This document shows positions 16,247-25,615 of a stretch of DNA of 64,000 nucleotides, one piece after another (the first letter of the stretch is position 1; each line of letters begins with the position of its first letter). The notes under the pieces were generated by a model. The model made no database searches, was not told the DNA's origin, and saw only the letters and a program-made list of their open reading frames with translations. Source of the stretch: an uncultured virus (IMG/VR IMGVR_UViG_3300036766_001722) (taxonomy: Duplodnaviria > Heunggongvirae > Uroviricota > Caudoviricetes). The stretch lies in IMG/VR virus record IMGVR_UViG_3300036766_001722. One strand, 5' to 3'. A program made the translations under genes and the position numbers.

Positions 16247-18721
16247 TCAGCCCGCGTGCTGCTCACGCAGGAGACCGAACGCGCGATGCACGAACGCTTG
16301 TCCTGCGGGCGTTGCCCCGGCCGAACGCGGCTCGAGCGCCTGGATGCCCTTCTCGATCTGATCCGCCGTGTAGTTGGTCACGAGCGCCTTGATTGCCGCT
16401 CCCGGGAAGTGCTGGCTGAGGCTCGCGATGAACTCTTCCGGCTCCTCACCGCTCGACACTGCGTTGTGAATCAGCTTGGCGATCATGAGAAGCGCGCCCT
16501 TCTCCTGTGCGCTCATGCGCATGGCTCCGCCGTCGCTCGGCTCCACCTGCGCCTGCTGCTGTGCCTGCTGCTGCTGCTGCTGCGGAGAGGGCTGCGAACG
16601 CCGAGCCTTCTCGGGCGGCGGGATCTTGACGCCAGTGCTGCGCTCCGACGCGATCCTCGTCAGCTCCTCGACGCGAGCATCCTCATCACCGCCCGGCTGC
16701 GGCGGCTTCTCAAGGCCGTGCGAGAGATCGGGGATCGGGATCTGAGAGGGCTTACGCTGCCGAGGAACGTAGCGACGCCCGCCTCCTCCGCCTCCGTTGC
16801 CAGCCGTGAGGCCGCGCCGAGACTGCTCAGCCTCGTGACGCGCCGCGAGAGCGGCGTTGTGAGCGTCGAGGTTCGCCTTCGGCACCTTCTGCCAGCCCTG
16901 AGGCGTGCTGAGGATGACGTACTGGACGCCGTTCTCCACGACGACCTGCCCGTGCACCGGTTGCTGCTGATGCTGAGGCGGCGCGTTCGCCTTCGTGAAG
17001 ATGTTCTCGACCGTGCCGAGGATCTGCGGCACGCGCTCGACGAGCCCATCGATGAGCTGCGTCTTCCACATGTCGCCGCTATCGCCGGAGAGACCGATCC
17101 CCCCAGGGGCGCCGCCCGACCCGCCACCACCCGACTCCGGCACGCCCATCGCCTCTTGGAGCTGCTTGTGCTTCTGGATGAGCGCGATCGGATCCGACTG
17201 TTCGTAGCCGCGCGCGCGAAGGTCGGCGACATCCTGCTTCGCTCGGTCCAGCTCGGCCTGCAAGAACTGGATCCGATTCTCCCAGTTCGTCTGCGCCGAC
17301 TGGTAGCGAGAGTCGAACGTCGTGTCGAGCATCTGCTTCTGCTGATCGATGCGCTCCTTCCAAGCGCGTTCGGCAGCGTCGAGACGCTCCTTCGCCGCTC
17401 GGTCAGCGTTGTCGAGACGCTCCTTCCACCGACCGTCGAGCGCCTCGATCTCCTTGCGATGCGACTCCTGATCGCGACGGCGCTCCTCGCGCTCCATCTT
17501 GAGCGAATCCTCGATCCGCTCTTCGCGGCGACGCCCGGCGTCACGCTCCGCCTGCAGCTCACGCTGCTGGCCGTCGTGGATCACCTGCTTCTCCTGCGCG
17601 TGCGACGCGCGCATGGAATCGAGAGTCGCGTTGTGCTGCGAGTGCAGACGCGTCAGTTCTTCGCCGTGTCGCGCCTGGATGTCCTTCATCGCGCTATCGG
17701 CGAAGCGCGCAGCGCTGTCGTCTCTCACGACGGGCTCCTGTTTCGGCATCGCGCTCAGCACTGCCGCGAGTTCCGTCCCGATGCTCACTTGCGGCTGCTG
17801 CTGCTGCATGTGCAGATCCTTCTTCATCTCGTCGAGGGACACCTCGAACCGCCTGCGATCTTCCTTGCGCTCTTCCCGCTCGTTTTCGAGCAGACGCTCG
17901 TACGCGGCCTTCTCTGCCGTGACGCGCTCCTGCGCAGACTTTTCCGCCGCGTTCGCGCGAGCGTCGTGAGCTGCCGCGATCTGCCCCATGAACGGCTGCA
18001 TGCCTGCCACCCCCGCGTCCGCGTGACGCTCGGCTTCACGACGATCCTGGCGCTCGTTTTCGAGCATCTTGCCCATCGCTCCGAGCGCGACCTCCACGAC
18101 CTTGGGACTCTCATTATGCGGAACCGCGGCGGGTGCCGGTACCCCGGCCTGCTGCTGCTCTGTGCGCGGCGAGAGATGCGTCAGGATGGGGTCTCCGGGG
18201 AGGTTGACCTGCACCGACTCGTAGTGCTTCGTGAAGCCAATCCCCTTGGTCGGATGCGGCCCCTCGATCGACACGCGGTACGTGCCGCCGCCGTAGGTGT
18301 TCTGGATGAAGTCCTCGGTGATCGGCGCGTCGAAGATGCCGTAGCGGCCGTCGATCTTCACGGTCTGCCAGAACTTCGGAGAAGAGCGAGTCAGGATCGC
18401 CTTGAAGTCCGGGCGCGCCCCGATCTCGTACTTCGCGTACAGCTCGCCGAGCGTCTTGATGTTCTCCACCGGCTTGGGCAGCTCACGCTCGGCGTCGAGG
18501 TCGTCGAGGTCTTCGAGCGACTGCTGCTTGGGCTCCGGCTCGGGCTCCGCGGCGCGCGCCTTCCGCGTAGCGCGAGGCTTCGGAGCACGACGAGACGGCG
18601 CGACATCGTCTACGACGACGACGTCCGCATCGTCGTCCTCGGACTCGTTGTCGTCCGGAGGCATGAACGGAAGCCCCTGGCTCGGCGGACGAAACTCGTC
18701 GATGCCATCTACTTCGGACAT
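16247..18721 (-). CDS. Large coiled-coil protein with acidic N-terminus and YGGGTY motif
   Basis: 824 aa; long E/R/Q/K heptad-like region; TGATG coupling. Confidence 0.8.
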   Translation of the reverse strand: MSEVDGIDEFRPPSQGLPFMPPDDNESEDDDADVVVVDDVAPSRRAPKPRATRKARAAEPEPEPKQQSLEDLDDLDAERELPKPVENIKTLGELYAKYEIGARPDFKAILTRSSPKFWQTVKIDGRYGIFDAPITEDFIQNTYGGGTYRVSIEGPHPTKGIGFTKHYESVQVNLPGDPILTHLSPRTEQQQAGVPAPAAVPHNESPKVVEVALGAMGKMLENERQDRREAERHADAGVAGMQPFMGQIAAAHDARANAAEKSAQERVTAEKAAYERLLENEREERKEDRRRFEVSLDEMKKDLHMQQQQPQVSIGTELAAVLSAMPKQEPVVRDDSAARFADSAMKDIQARHGEELTRLHSQHNATLDSMRASHAQEKQVIHDGQQRELQAERDAGRRREERIEDSLKMEREERRRDQESHRKEIEALDGRWKERLDNADRAAKERLDAAERAWKERIDQQKQMLDTTFDSRYQSAQTNWENRIQFLQAELDRAKQDVADLRARGYEQSDPIALIQKHKQLQEAMGVPESGGGGSGGAPGGIGLSGDSGDMWKTQLIDGLVERVPQILGTVENIFTKANAPPQHQQQPVHGQVVVENGVQYVILSTPQGWQKVPKANLDAHNAALAARHEAEQSRRGLTAGNGGGGGGRRYVPRQRKPSQIPIPDLSHGLEKPPQPGGDEDARVEELTRIASERSTGVKIPPPEKARRSQPSPQQQQQQAQQQAQVEPSDGGAMRMSAQEKGALLMIAKLIHNAVSSGEEPEEFIASLSQHFPGAAIKALVTNYTADQIEKGIQALEPRSAGATPAGQAFVHRAFGLLREQHAG

Positions 18722-19263
18722 CAGGCCTCCGGTCCCGGCTCGGCAGCGCCGTCTCCGTCTTTCGACTCGTCGTCATCGTCGGCGTCTGGCTCGTCCGAGT
18801 ACGACGGAGCGAGAGCCTCGACGACGCGCTCGATGGCCTCGTCGACCGTGTCGAGCGCCTTCTGGACCTCCGGATCGTCGGGCATCTTCTTGTCGAGCAG
18901 CGTGATGAGGCTGTGGAACGACTCCTGAAGGTCGTTCGCCATCTCCTGCTCTTCGCCTTCCGCGCCGATGAGGTCTTCGCGCTTGACCCCTAGCTTGGCG
19001 AAGTTCGTCATCATCACCTTCCGAAGGCGACGAATCTCCGACACGTTGCTCGACGCGAAGCCGAATGTGTCCTCGTAGGACATGCCGAAGAACTCGGCGA
19101 ACTCCACGATCCTCGGCACGAGGAACTGCGCCACCCACTGGCGAAGCTGCGCCGGGTCCTGGTACGTCTTGTCCTTCAGCAGGGTGCGGCGGTCCTTGTT
19201 CAGGCCCTCGATCATCTCGATGAGATCGGGGTGCAGCTCGACTTCCTCTTGATCGTCAGCCAT
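18721..19263 (-). CDS. Acidic helical hypothetical protein
   Basis: 180 aa; AAGGAG upstream. Confidence 0.75.
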   Translation of the reverse strand: MADDQEEVELHPDLIEMIEGLNKDRRTLLKDKTYQDPAQLRQWVAQFLVPRIVEFAEFFGMSYEDTFGFASSNVSEIRRLRKVMMTNFAKLGVKREDLIGAEGEEQEMANDLQESFHSLITLLDKKMPDDPEVQKALDTVDEAIERVVEALAPSYSDEPDADDDDESKDGDGAAEPGPEA

Positions 19264-19280
19264 GCGTTCTCCTTACTTCA

Positions 19281-19784
19281 TCACAGGTCGAGCTTCGCGC
19301 TCTTCTGCGCGGATTCATCAGCGATATCCCGCTGCCGATCTTCGAAGTCGTCGATCACCTGGCGGGAGCGTTCCTCCGGCGGATCGCGCAGCGTGCAGGC
19401 GATCATGTCCTGGTCGATCTCGAACAGCTCTGCGGCCGTCGCGAGGCGCGTGCAGAAGCGCCGAATCTGGTGCATCTGCTCGAAGCCGCGGGCAACGCCC
19501 TCCGCCTTCGTCAGCACGGCTCCGTAGTAGCGGCACGGGTCACGGCCGGGCGCGCGGTTGCAGACGAGCCCTTCCACGGTGAGGCCAGACGGGGGAGGTG
19601 GGGGCGGATCTCCCTGCATGAGCGGCATGCCGTCGGGGCCTCGGCCGACCGCGGCACGGCCGGTCTCGTAGTAACGGTTCGGGTCGACCTCCATCCCGCG
19701 CTGCGTACGCGGTTCGAGATCTTTCTCGTCCTCCGTCGAAGGAGGAAATTCGTCCTTGGCGCCCACGAGCTGCACCGTACACAC
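19281..19784 (-). CDS. Cys-containing hypothetical protein, first gene of the leftward operon (start uncertain)
   Basis: 167 aa ORF with four spaced Cys in the C-terminal half. Confidence 0.6.
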   Translation of the reverse strand: MCTVQLVGAKDEFPPSTEDEKDLEPRTQRGMEVDPNRYYETGRAAVGRGPDGMPLMQGDPPPPPPSGLTVEGLVCNRAPGRDPCRYYGAVLTKAEGVARGFEQMHQIRRFCTRLATAAELFEIDQDMIACTLRDPPEERSRQVIDDFEDRQRDIADESAQKSAKLDL

Positions 19785-19884
19785 GATCGCGCCGCCGCCA
19801 ACCCACCATTTTATTATGCTGACAAGCTAGCTGCCTTTTTGTGTCTAGCTGGGGGCCCATTTCAGACGTCGTACGGCCCTCTTT

Positions 19885-19932
19885 CAGCTAGGGGCCTACT
19901 TGATCGTCAGAGGCGACCTGGGCCCCTAGCTG
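19885..19932. repeat. Perfect 12-bp inverted repeat in the divergent control region
   Basis: CAGCTAGGGGCC (19885-19896) and GGCCCCTAGCTG (19921-19932); related TAGCTGGGGGCCC near 19846. Confidence 0.8.
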
Positions 19933-20273
19933 TCTGGCCACAAAGACCGGCCCGAGCGCCCATATCCGGCCGTCATCGCCTCTCCGGCCCATTCGGAGGA
20001 GGTGCTTCGGGCGTTTTCTGACATCCGCGCCGCGCTTTTCTGCGTTCTGGGGCATCGCAGAGTCGTGTCCGGCCGCGCTTCCATCGAGCCCATCGGGAGC
20101 GCGACGCGACACCGACGTACCGAACCACGACCGGCCGCCGCACCGTGCAACTGCCCGCGATCGCAGCGTTATTCGACTCCTGGCGCTGCGAATTTCCGTG
20201 CGCACTGAGTACCGTTCTACACGCCTAACTGCGTACCGTGATTCGCACCGCAGCCTATTTCGTCAATGCTTTT

Positions 20274-20306
20274 GCGGTTGACGGGCCTGGCACGATGACT
20301 GCATTA
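20274..20306 (+). promoter_or_regulatory. Putative early promoter, copy 1
   Basis: GCGGTTGACGGGCCTGGCACGATGACTGCATTA, near-identical to 22723-22754; contains TTGACG. Confidence 0.65.
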
Positions 20307-20359
20307 CCCTAGCTCGTCGATGCCGTGACGAGCGGCCGACAGGAACAAGGAGGTGTTCG

Positions 20360-20551
20360 ATGGTCACAACCCGCAAGAATGGGGTAGTCCATTGGGGTGG
20401 CGCCTCGGGAGCGCCGTGGTGCGGAGCGAATCGTCGCACGGCGACCGTGACGCGCGACGAGACGAAGGTCACGTGCAAGACGTGCATGCGCTTCGACCGA
20501 ATGCACGGTGAGCGCGTCCGCCGTTGGCGCGCGGCGCAGGTGAAGCCATGA
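20360..20551 (+). CDS. Small Cys-rich hypothetical protein
   Basis: Strong RBS AAGGAGGT; VTCKTC. Confidence 0.7.
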   Translation: MVTTRKNGVVHWGGASGAPWCGANRRTATVTRDETKVTCKTCMRFDRMHGERVRRWRAAQVKP

Positions 20552-20970
20552 CGGCGTGTGGACATCGAACCGCCCGCTTCATGGGCGCACCATGCGAGCG
20601 CCCCGGCAAGCCGGAGTACGGCGGGCGTTGCTGGCAACACCGTCAGATCACGCACGAGGAGGCCAAGGCGCGCAGGCTCGCGGAGTATGCCGCGCAAGAG
20701 GCAAAAGAAGCACAGCGCAACGCCACGCGGTGCCCGACGTGTCATGGAACCGGCCGCGTCGCCGCCGCGGCCGACGAGCACGCCGAACGCGAGTGCATCG
20801 CCGCCCTCGCCGCCGCGAAGCGGGAGGCGCTCGAAGAGGCGGCGACGCGCATCGAACAGACCATCGGCCGGGCGCGGCGCGGCGAAGGCATGGCCGTCGC
20901 GGCGCGACGCGACTCTGCACGCATCTGCCGCGACCTCGCCGCCAAGGTGACGTTCCAGAAGGAGGCCTGA
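20548..20970 (+). CDS. Hypothetical zinc-binding protein (C..RPGK..GRCWQH; CPTCHGTG)
   Basis: ATGA overlap; N-terminus paralogous to 22160-22522. Confidence 0.7.
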   Translation: MTACGHRTARFMGAPCERPGKPEYGGRCWQHRQITHEEAKARRLAEYAAQEAKEAQRNATRCPTCHGTGRVAAAADEHAERECIAALAAAKREALEEAATRIEQTIGRARRGEGMAVAARRDSARICRDLAAKVTFQKEA

Positions 20971-20971
20971 C

Positions 20972-21241
20972 ATGTCTTTCATCGACGACGACGACTTCTC
21001 CCACAGCGACTTCCCGGACGACGAGGAGTACATCGAGGACGACGATCTCGCCGACGAAGAGGACCGGAGCGAGTTCGCCGACCCGGGCGGCAAGAGCGCC
21101 CTCCGCGCCGCTACGCCGGAGAACCCGCGCGACCTCCCCTGCCCCGACTGCGGCGCGCCCAACCGGCTGACGCCGAAGGACGTCGCGCTCGGCTACTGCT
21201 GCGACGCGTGCGCCGATCGGAACGAAGGCGGCGGCTACTAG
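20972..21241 (+). CDS. Small acidic zinc-ribbon protein
   Basis: D/E-rich N-terminus; CPDC...CDAC; AGGAGG RBS. Confidence 0.7.
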   Translation: MSFIDDDDFSHSDFPDDEEYIEDDDLADEEDRSEFADPGGKSALRAATPENPRDLPCPDCGAPNRLTPKDVALGYCCDACADRNEGGGY

Positions 21242-21243
21242 CC

Positions 21244-21792
21244 ATGAAGGTCGTCAACCACACCGACTACGACACGCGTACGCTCCGCGGCATCTTCGCC
21301 GCGGTCCACGCGAACAGCGGACGCAAGCCTCACCCGCGCTGGAAGCACGTCGTCGTCACGGTCGTCTACTCGCGACGCGGAGGGGTCTCGGGCAAGGCCT
21401 GGTACAACGGCACCGGGATCCACTGCCGCCTGTCTCGCGGCGCGGTGCCGGCGCGCGACGTCGCCGCTCTCTTCCTGCACGAGCTGCTGCACTCTCTCGG
21501 GTACCGTCACGGACAGGGCGGGCTTCGCTCGTGCGGCATCGGCAACCAGCTCCGCGAGGTCGCCGCGTTCATCCCGGAGTCGACCCTCGAGGAGGTGGAG
21601 ATGGTGAAGCCGAAGCCGACCATCGACGACAAGCGCGCCGCGAAGCTCGCCTCCATCGAGGCGCGGATCGCGAAGTGGGAGTCCAAGCTCCGCCGGGCCG
21701 AGAAGGCGATCGCCAAGCTCAAGCGCGAGAAGGTGTTCTCCATCCTCCGTCCTAGCCCCGACGACGTGGCGATGGCAGCGGGATCGTCGTGA
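21244..21792 (+). CDS. Putative zincin-like metalloprotein with coiled-coil tail
   Basis: LFLHELLHSLGYRH (HExxH plus a third His). Confidence 0.6.
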   Translation: MKVVNHTDYDTRTLRGIFAAVHANSGRKPHPRWKHVVVTVVYSRRGGVSGKAWYNGTGIHCRLSRGAVPARDVAALFLHELLHSLGYRHGQGGLRSCGIGNQLREVAAFIPESTLEEVEMVKPKPTIDDKRAAKLASIEARIAKWESKLRRAEKAIAKLKREKVFSILRPSPDDVAMAAGSS

Positions 21793-22163
21793 CCGCCTCC
21801 GGCACGGGGATGAAGTGGGACACGCGCGAGCCGTGCGCCTCGTGCCCCTACCGGAAGGACGCTCCTAAGAAGATGTGGGCACGCGAGGAGTTCGAGAACC
21901 TGCTCGCCGCGGACGCGAACGAGTTCGGCGGCGCGATGTTCGGCTGCCACAAGTTCCGCAACCACCCCGAACAGGCGCAGGTGTGCGGAGGATGGCTGCT
22001 CGACCAGAAGCGGCGCGGCTGCCCGTCGATCCAGCTCCGCCTCGTGCTCATCCACAAGTCCGAGGCCGTGAAGGCCATCGAAGAGGTCACCGACGGCGGC
22101 CACAAGCTCTACCCGTCGATCGCCGCGATGTGCCGCGCGAACGGCGTAAAGACGAACCAATGA
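21789..22163 (+). CDS. DUF6283-like protein
   Basis: PCASCPYRKD...W..EEF..L...FGCH...CGGWL pattern. Confidence 0.65.
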   Translation: MTASGTGMKWDTREPCASCPYRKDAPKKMWAREEFENLLAADANEFGGAMFGCHKFRNHPEQAQVCGGWLLDQKRRGCPSIQLRLVLIHKSEAVKAIEEVTDGGHKLYPSIAAMCRANGVKTNQ

Positions 22164-22522
22164 ACTGCGGAGCGCCGACAAAGATCGTTTACGGGACATG
22201 CGACCGGCCTGGGAAGGAGCGCTTTCACGGCCGCTGCTGGCAGCACGCCCCCGTGACCGACGAGGAACGCGCCGAGAAGAAGCGCGAACGCCTGTTCAAG
22301 CTCCGGCGCGCCGAGCTGCTCGAAAGCGAGCACGTCGCCGCACGTCGCTACCACCGTGCCAAAGACGCCCTCCTCTCCACAATCTTCCTGATGACCGAGA
22401 CCGACGTCAAGAAGCAGTTCGCTTCGCCCCTCGCCAAGCTCGTGCGCGAACTGCGCCTTCTGCTCGCCACGTGGAAGGCCGCGACAGCGACCGCCGACGC
22501 GTACGACAAGGAGCGTCACTGA
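22160..22522 (+). CDS. Hypothetical protein (C..RPGK..GRCWQH)
   Basis: ATGA overlap; paralog of the 20548 N-terminus. Confidence 0.7.
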   Translation: MNCGAPTKIVYGTCDRPGKERFHGRCWQHAPVTDEERAEKKRERLFKLRRAELLESEHVAARRYHRAKDALLSTIFLMTETDVKKQFASPLAKLVRELRLLLATWKAATATADAYDKERH

Positions 22523-22722
22523 TGGCCCTCTACAACGTGATCGTCGTCTACCAGCTCCGCCTCGCAGACGGCTCGACCATCGAGGTGCATCCCCGCAACT
22601 GCCCCTGCCACGGCTGCCGACTGCCCGTGGCGAGGTCCCGAGAGGTGCGTACTCCGGTTCGCACTGCGTAATCGGTTACCGCGTAGCCAATCGGCCACCC
22701 CACCCGAAACACCAATAGCTGC

Positions 22723-22754
22723 GCGGTTGACGACCTGGCACGGTGACTGCATTA
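22723..22754 (+). promoter_or_regulatory. Putative early promoter, copy 2
   Basis: GCGGTTGACGACCTGGCACGGTGACTGCATTA, intergenic, upstream of 22803. Confidence 0.65.
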
Positions 22755-22802
22755 GCTATGGGTAGTTCGACGCTCTGATGAGGAGCCGGACGGGAGACGA
22801 CG

Positions 22803-23057
22803 ATGAGCAAGCCCGATCGCATCGAGCACCGTGGCGAGTGGATGCAGAGCTACCACGGCGGTACGTGGCACCTCGCGGTATTCCACGAGACCTACTACGC
22901 GGTCTCGGGGCGCGTCTTCTCGACGTACCACACGACGGCGTGCAACGGCGCGAGCCTCTACTCGGTGTGGGGCAAGCCCACGGTCAAGCCCGAGCGGCCC
23001 GCCGACGCGAAGGTCTGCAAGCGTTGCGCTGCGATCGCCGCGAAGGTGAAGTCGTGA
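22803..23057 (+). CDS. Small hypothetical protein (C-terminal CKRC)
   Basis: GGAG upstream; first of a coupled gene string. Confidence 0.65.
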   Translation: MSKPDRIEHRGEWMQSYHGGTWHLAVFHETYYAVSGRVFSTYHTTACNGASLYSVWGKPTVKPERPADAKVCKRCAAIAAKVKS

Positions 23058-23284
23058 CCCGCATCAACCATCGCACGACGAGCGTACAGGAGGCAGCGCG
23101 GCTCATGCGCGACCGCTTCGGCGCCGGGGCTGCGCGCGAGGCGAGCAATCGCTCCGACGCGACCGAGCATCCGCTGCGCGCCTCTTTCTGGGAACGCGTG
23201 ACGTATGAGATCGAGGCCCTCGATCGCCTCTCCGCCCTCTCCACCCGTGAAGCCCTCTCCAAGACGCAAAAGGAGTCCACGTGA
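23054..23284 (+). CDS. Small hypothetical protein
   Basis: GTGA overlaps at both ends. Confidence 0.55.
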   Translation: MTRINHRTTSVQEAARLMRDRFGAGAAREASNRSDATEHPLRASFWERVTYEIEALDRLSALSTREALSKTQKEST

Positions 23285-23655
23285 CCACGAAGACCTACAC
23301 GATCTCAGCCGGCAGCTACGACTCGACCCTCGACGCGACCGCCTCGCGCACCGGTCACGAGTCGATCGAGGACGCGCTCTATGCGCTCGCCTGCGTCGTA
23401 GGCGGCTGCACGATCGATGCGCGGGCCGTGGCCGAGGGCCGGATCGAGACGAGCCTCGTGACCTGTGAGACCTGCGACGGCGACAGCGTCCTCGTCTACC
23501 GCTCACAGCCCGACTGCGACGCCGACTCCGACGGGTCCAGGGCCCTCGCCACGATCTCCCCGATAGGCTGCCGCGTCTGCGGCGGCGCGCTCCGGCCCGG
23601 CTACGCGGAGCCCCTCTGCTACGACTGTGCCCTCTCCGACAGGGAGCTACCGTGA
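23281..23655 (+). CDS. Hypothetical protein with C-terminal CxxC..CxxC
   Basis: AAGGAG RBS; 124 aa. Confidence 0.65.
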   Translation: MTTKTYTISAGSYDSTLDATASRTGHESIEDALYALACVVGGCTIDARAVAEGRIETSLVTCETCDGDSVLVYRSQPDCDADSDGSRALATISPIGCRVCGGALRPGYAEPLCYDCALSDRELP

Positions 23656-24171
23656 AGCCCTTCAGCTACCACACGCCGTTCCGCTACACCAACGACCGCG
23701 AGCGCGACATCGCGCGTGCTCGCGTCGAGTTCCACCAGATCGGGGACCAGGCGCCCTACTTCTCGATCACGGGCGAGATCTACAGCGCCGCGCGCGTCCG
23801 CGGCGAGAAGAAGGTCTCGTTCGATGGGCAGAACTGGTGGATGCACTCGTGCGGCTGCCAGCACGAGATGATCGCCAAGACGTTCCCCGAGCTGGCGCCG
23901 TTCATCAAGTGGCACCTCAGCGCGGCAGACGGCCCGATGCAGATGCACTACGTAGCCAACGCCGTCTACCGTGCCCAGGACGCGGGCGACGTGGCGCTCT
24001 ATCAGAGCTGCGGCGACACGCGCGAGCGCTCGACCGGAGGCCTACGCGAAGACGCGTCGAGCCATCGTCGAGTCCGAAGTCACTGCGTGGTGCGAGTCGC
24101 GCCTCCCCGCGCTCCGCGACGCGTTCATGCGGACGCTCGTCACCGCTCGCGACCTCGACGGGAAGCTCTGA
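23652..24171 (+). pseudogene. Phage hypothetical protein, apparently frameshifted near 23990-24030
   Basis: The PYFSITG...GCQHE...FPELAPFIKWHL...HYVAN frame degenerates, and a plausible C-terminus (WCESRLPALRDAFM) lies in another frame ending at 24171. Confidence 0.45.
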
Positions 24172-24386
24172 CCTGACCACGAACGAAGGAGGCTCGACAT
24201 GATCCCCACGCTCACCGTTCTCGAACTCGAGGCGCAGCTCGCCGACCGCGGCGTCACCGACATCAACGGCAAGTGCAAAGGCGGCCTCTGGCGCTTCCGC
24301 TGCTCGACTCTGCGGCGCCGCTACTCGGTCAGCGCGCCCAGCATGCTCGTCGCTCTCGCCAAGCTCTGCGCTGTCGTGGGTGTGTC

Positions 24387-25253
24387 GTGACGACCGAACT
24401 GCTCAACGCGGTGAGCCGGTTGCTGACCGCGTACACCGAAGGCTCGAAGCGCGCGCGCTTCCTCGACGGCCACCGCGACCTCGTGCACGAGATCGTGCGT
24501 CTCGAAAAGGAGTACCTCGCAGCGATCGGCCAGCCCGAGGGCGTGCCGCGCAAGCCGTACGAGAACAAGGCGCAAGCCCACAGCGGCGGAGGCGACAAGG
24601 ACACCATCGAGACGCACGAGAGCTTCGGCATGATCCAGTTCAGCCGCGTCTCGGGAAGCGCTGCGCGGCTCTTCGGCTCGGCCATCGAACACCACCAGCA
24701 CTTCATCCGCCTCTACATCCGGCGCGGCGAACGCATCATGTCGTCGCTCGGATACGAGCGCTACACCGAGACAGGGCGCGTGCCGATCGTCGAGATCGAC
24801 CTGAGCGCAGCGCAATTCGCCGAGGCCATCACCTGCATGAACGTCGGAAGCGGCGTCCCGTGCACGATCCGCGGCGTCGAAGGTTCCCGCATGGACGAGG
24901 TGCCCGAGATGGAGTCCGAGGTGCGGCTCATCGACAGCAACTTCCGTGAGCGTACCGAGGAGATGACCGTCGCCGCCAAGAAGCACCTCGCCGAGATCGA
25001 CGCGATCCTCGCCGCGTCGTCTGCCAAGAAGACCGACAAGGAGAAGATCCGCACCGCGATCTGGACATGGGAGCGCCACGTGCGCGACAGCGCGCCGTTC
25101 ATGCTCAAGCAGTTCCGCGAGGCCATCGAGTCGCACTCCGCGAAGGCGAAGACGGAGATCGAGAGCTTCGTCGTCTCGGTGGTGCACAAACTCGGGATGA
25201 AGTCGGTGAAGGACTTGGCGCGCCTCGGTGCGTCCGAGAACGACAAGGAGTAG
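24387..25253 (+). CDS. Phage-type hypothetical protein
   Basis: GTGA overlap; HESFGMIQFSRVSG...LFGS...QFAEAITCMNVGSGVPCTI. Confidence 0.75.
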   Translation: MTTELLNAVSRLLTAYTEGSKRARFLDGHRDLVHEIVRLEKEYLAAIGQPEGVPRKPYENKAQAHSGGGDKDTIETHESFGMIQFSRVSGSAARLFGSAIEHHQHFIRLYIRRGERIMSSLGYERYTETGRVPIVEIDLSAAQFAEAITCMNVGSGVPCTIRGVEGSRMDEVPEMESEVRLIDSNFRERTEEMTVAAKKHLAEIDAILAASSAKKTDKEKIRTAIWTWERHVRDSAPFMLKQFREAIESHSAKAKTEIESFVVSVVHKLGMKSVKDLARLGASENDKE

Positions 25254-25300
25254 CTCGAAGCCACACACGCACGGTCCCCCATTCTCAGGAGCCCAACCCG

Positions 25301-25615
25301 ATGACCAAGCCCATCTCCCCCAACCAGACCTCCCTCTTCGGCGCGCCATTCGAGACCAGCTCGCGGACCTCGCGCGAGGCCGCGGTGTTGATCGCGCCCC
25401 ACTCCGCAACGCTGAGGGCGCGCATCCTGACGATCATCCGGAACAGCGGGCAGCAGGGCATGACCGACGACGAAATCGAGGTCGTGACCGGCCTCATCCA
25501 CCAGACGGCGAGCGCCCGGCGGCGCGAGCTGGTGCTCGGAAACTTCATCAAGGACAGCGGTCTGACGCGCCCGACGCGAAGCAACCGCCAGGCCACCGTG
25601 TGGGTCGCGCTGTGA
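25301..25615 (+). CDS. Winged helix-turn-helix DNA-binding protein
   Basis: GMTDDEIEVVTGLIHQTASARRRELV...DSG...R.ATVW; AGGAG RBS. Confidence 0.7.
   Translation: MTKPISPNQTSLFGAPFETSSRTSREAAVLIAPHSATLRARILTIIRNSGQQGMTDDEIEVVTGLIHQTASARRRELVLGNFIKDSGLTRPTRSNRQATVWVAL

Noticed and set aside
16256..18928. Long antisense ORFs (16256-18928 +, 49672-52209 -, 44619-46343 -, 9003-10490 + and many others)
   Set aside because: Shadow frames of real genes in GC-rich DNA, with no motifs or RBS and full overlap with better-supported genes.
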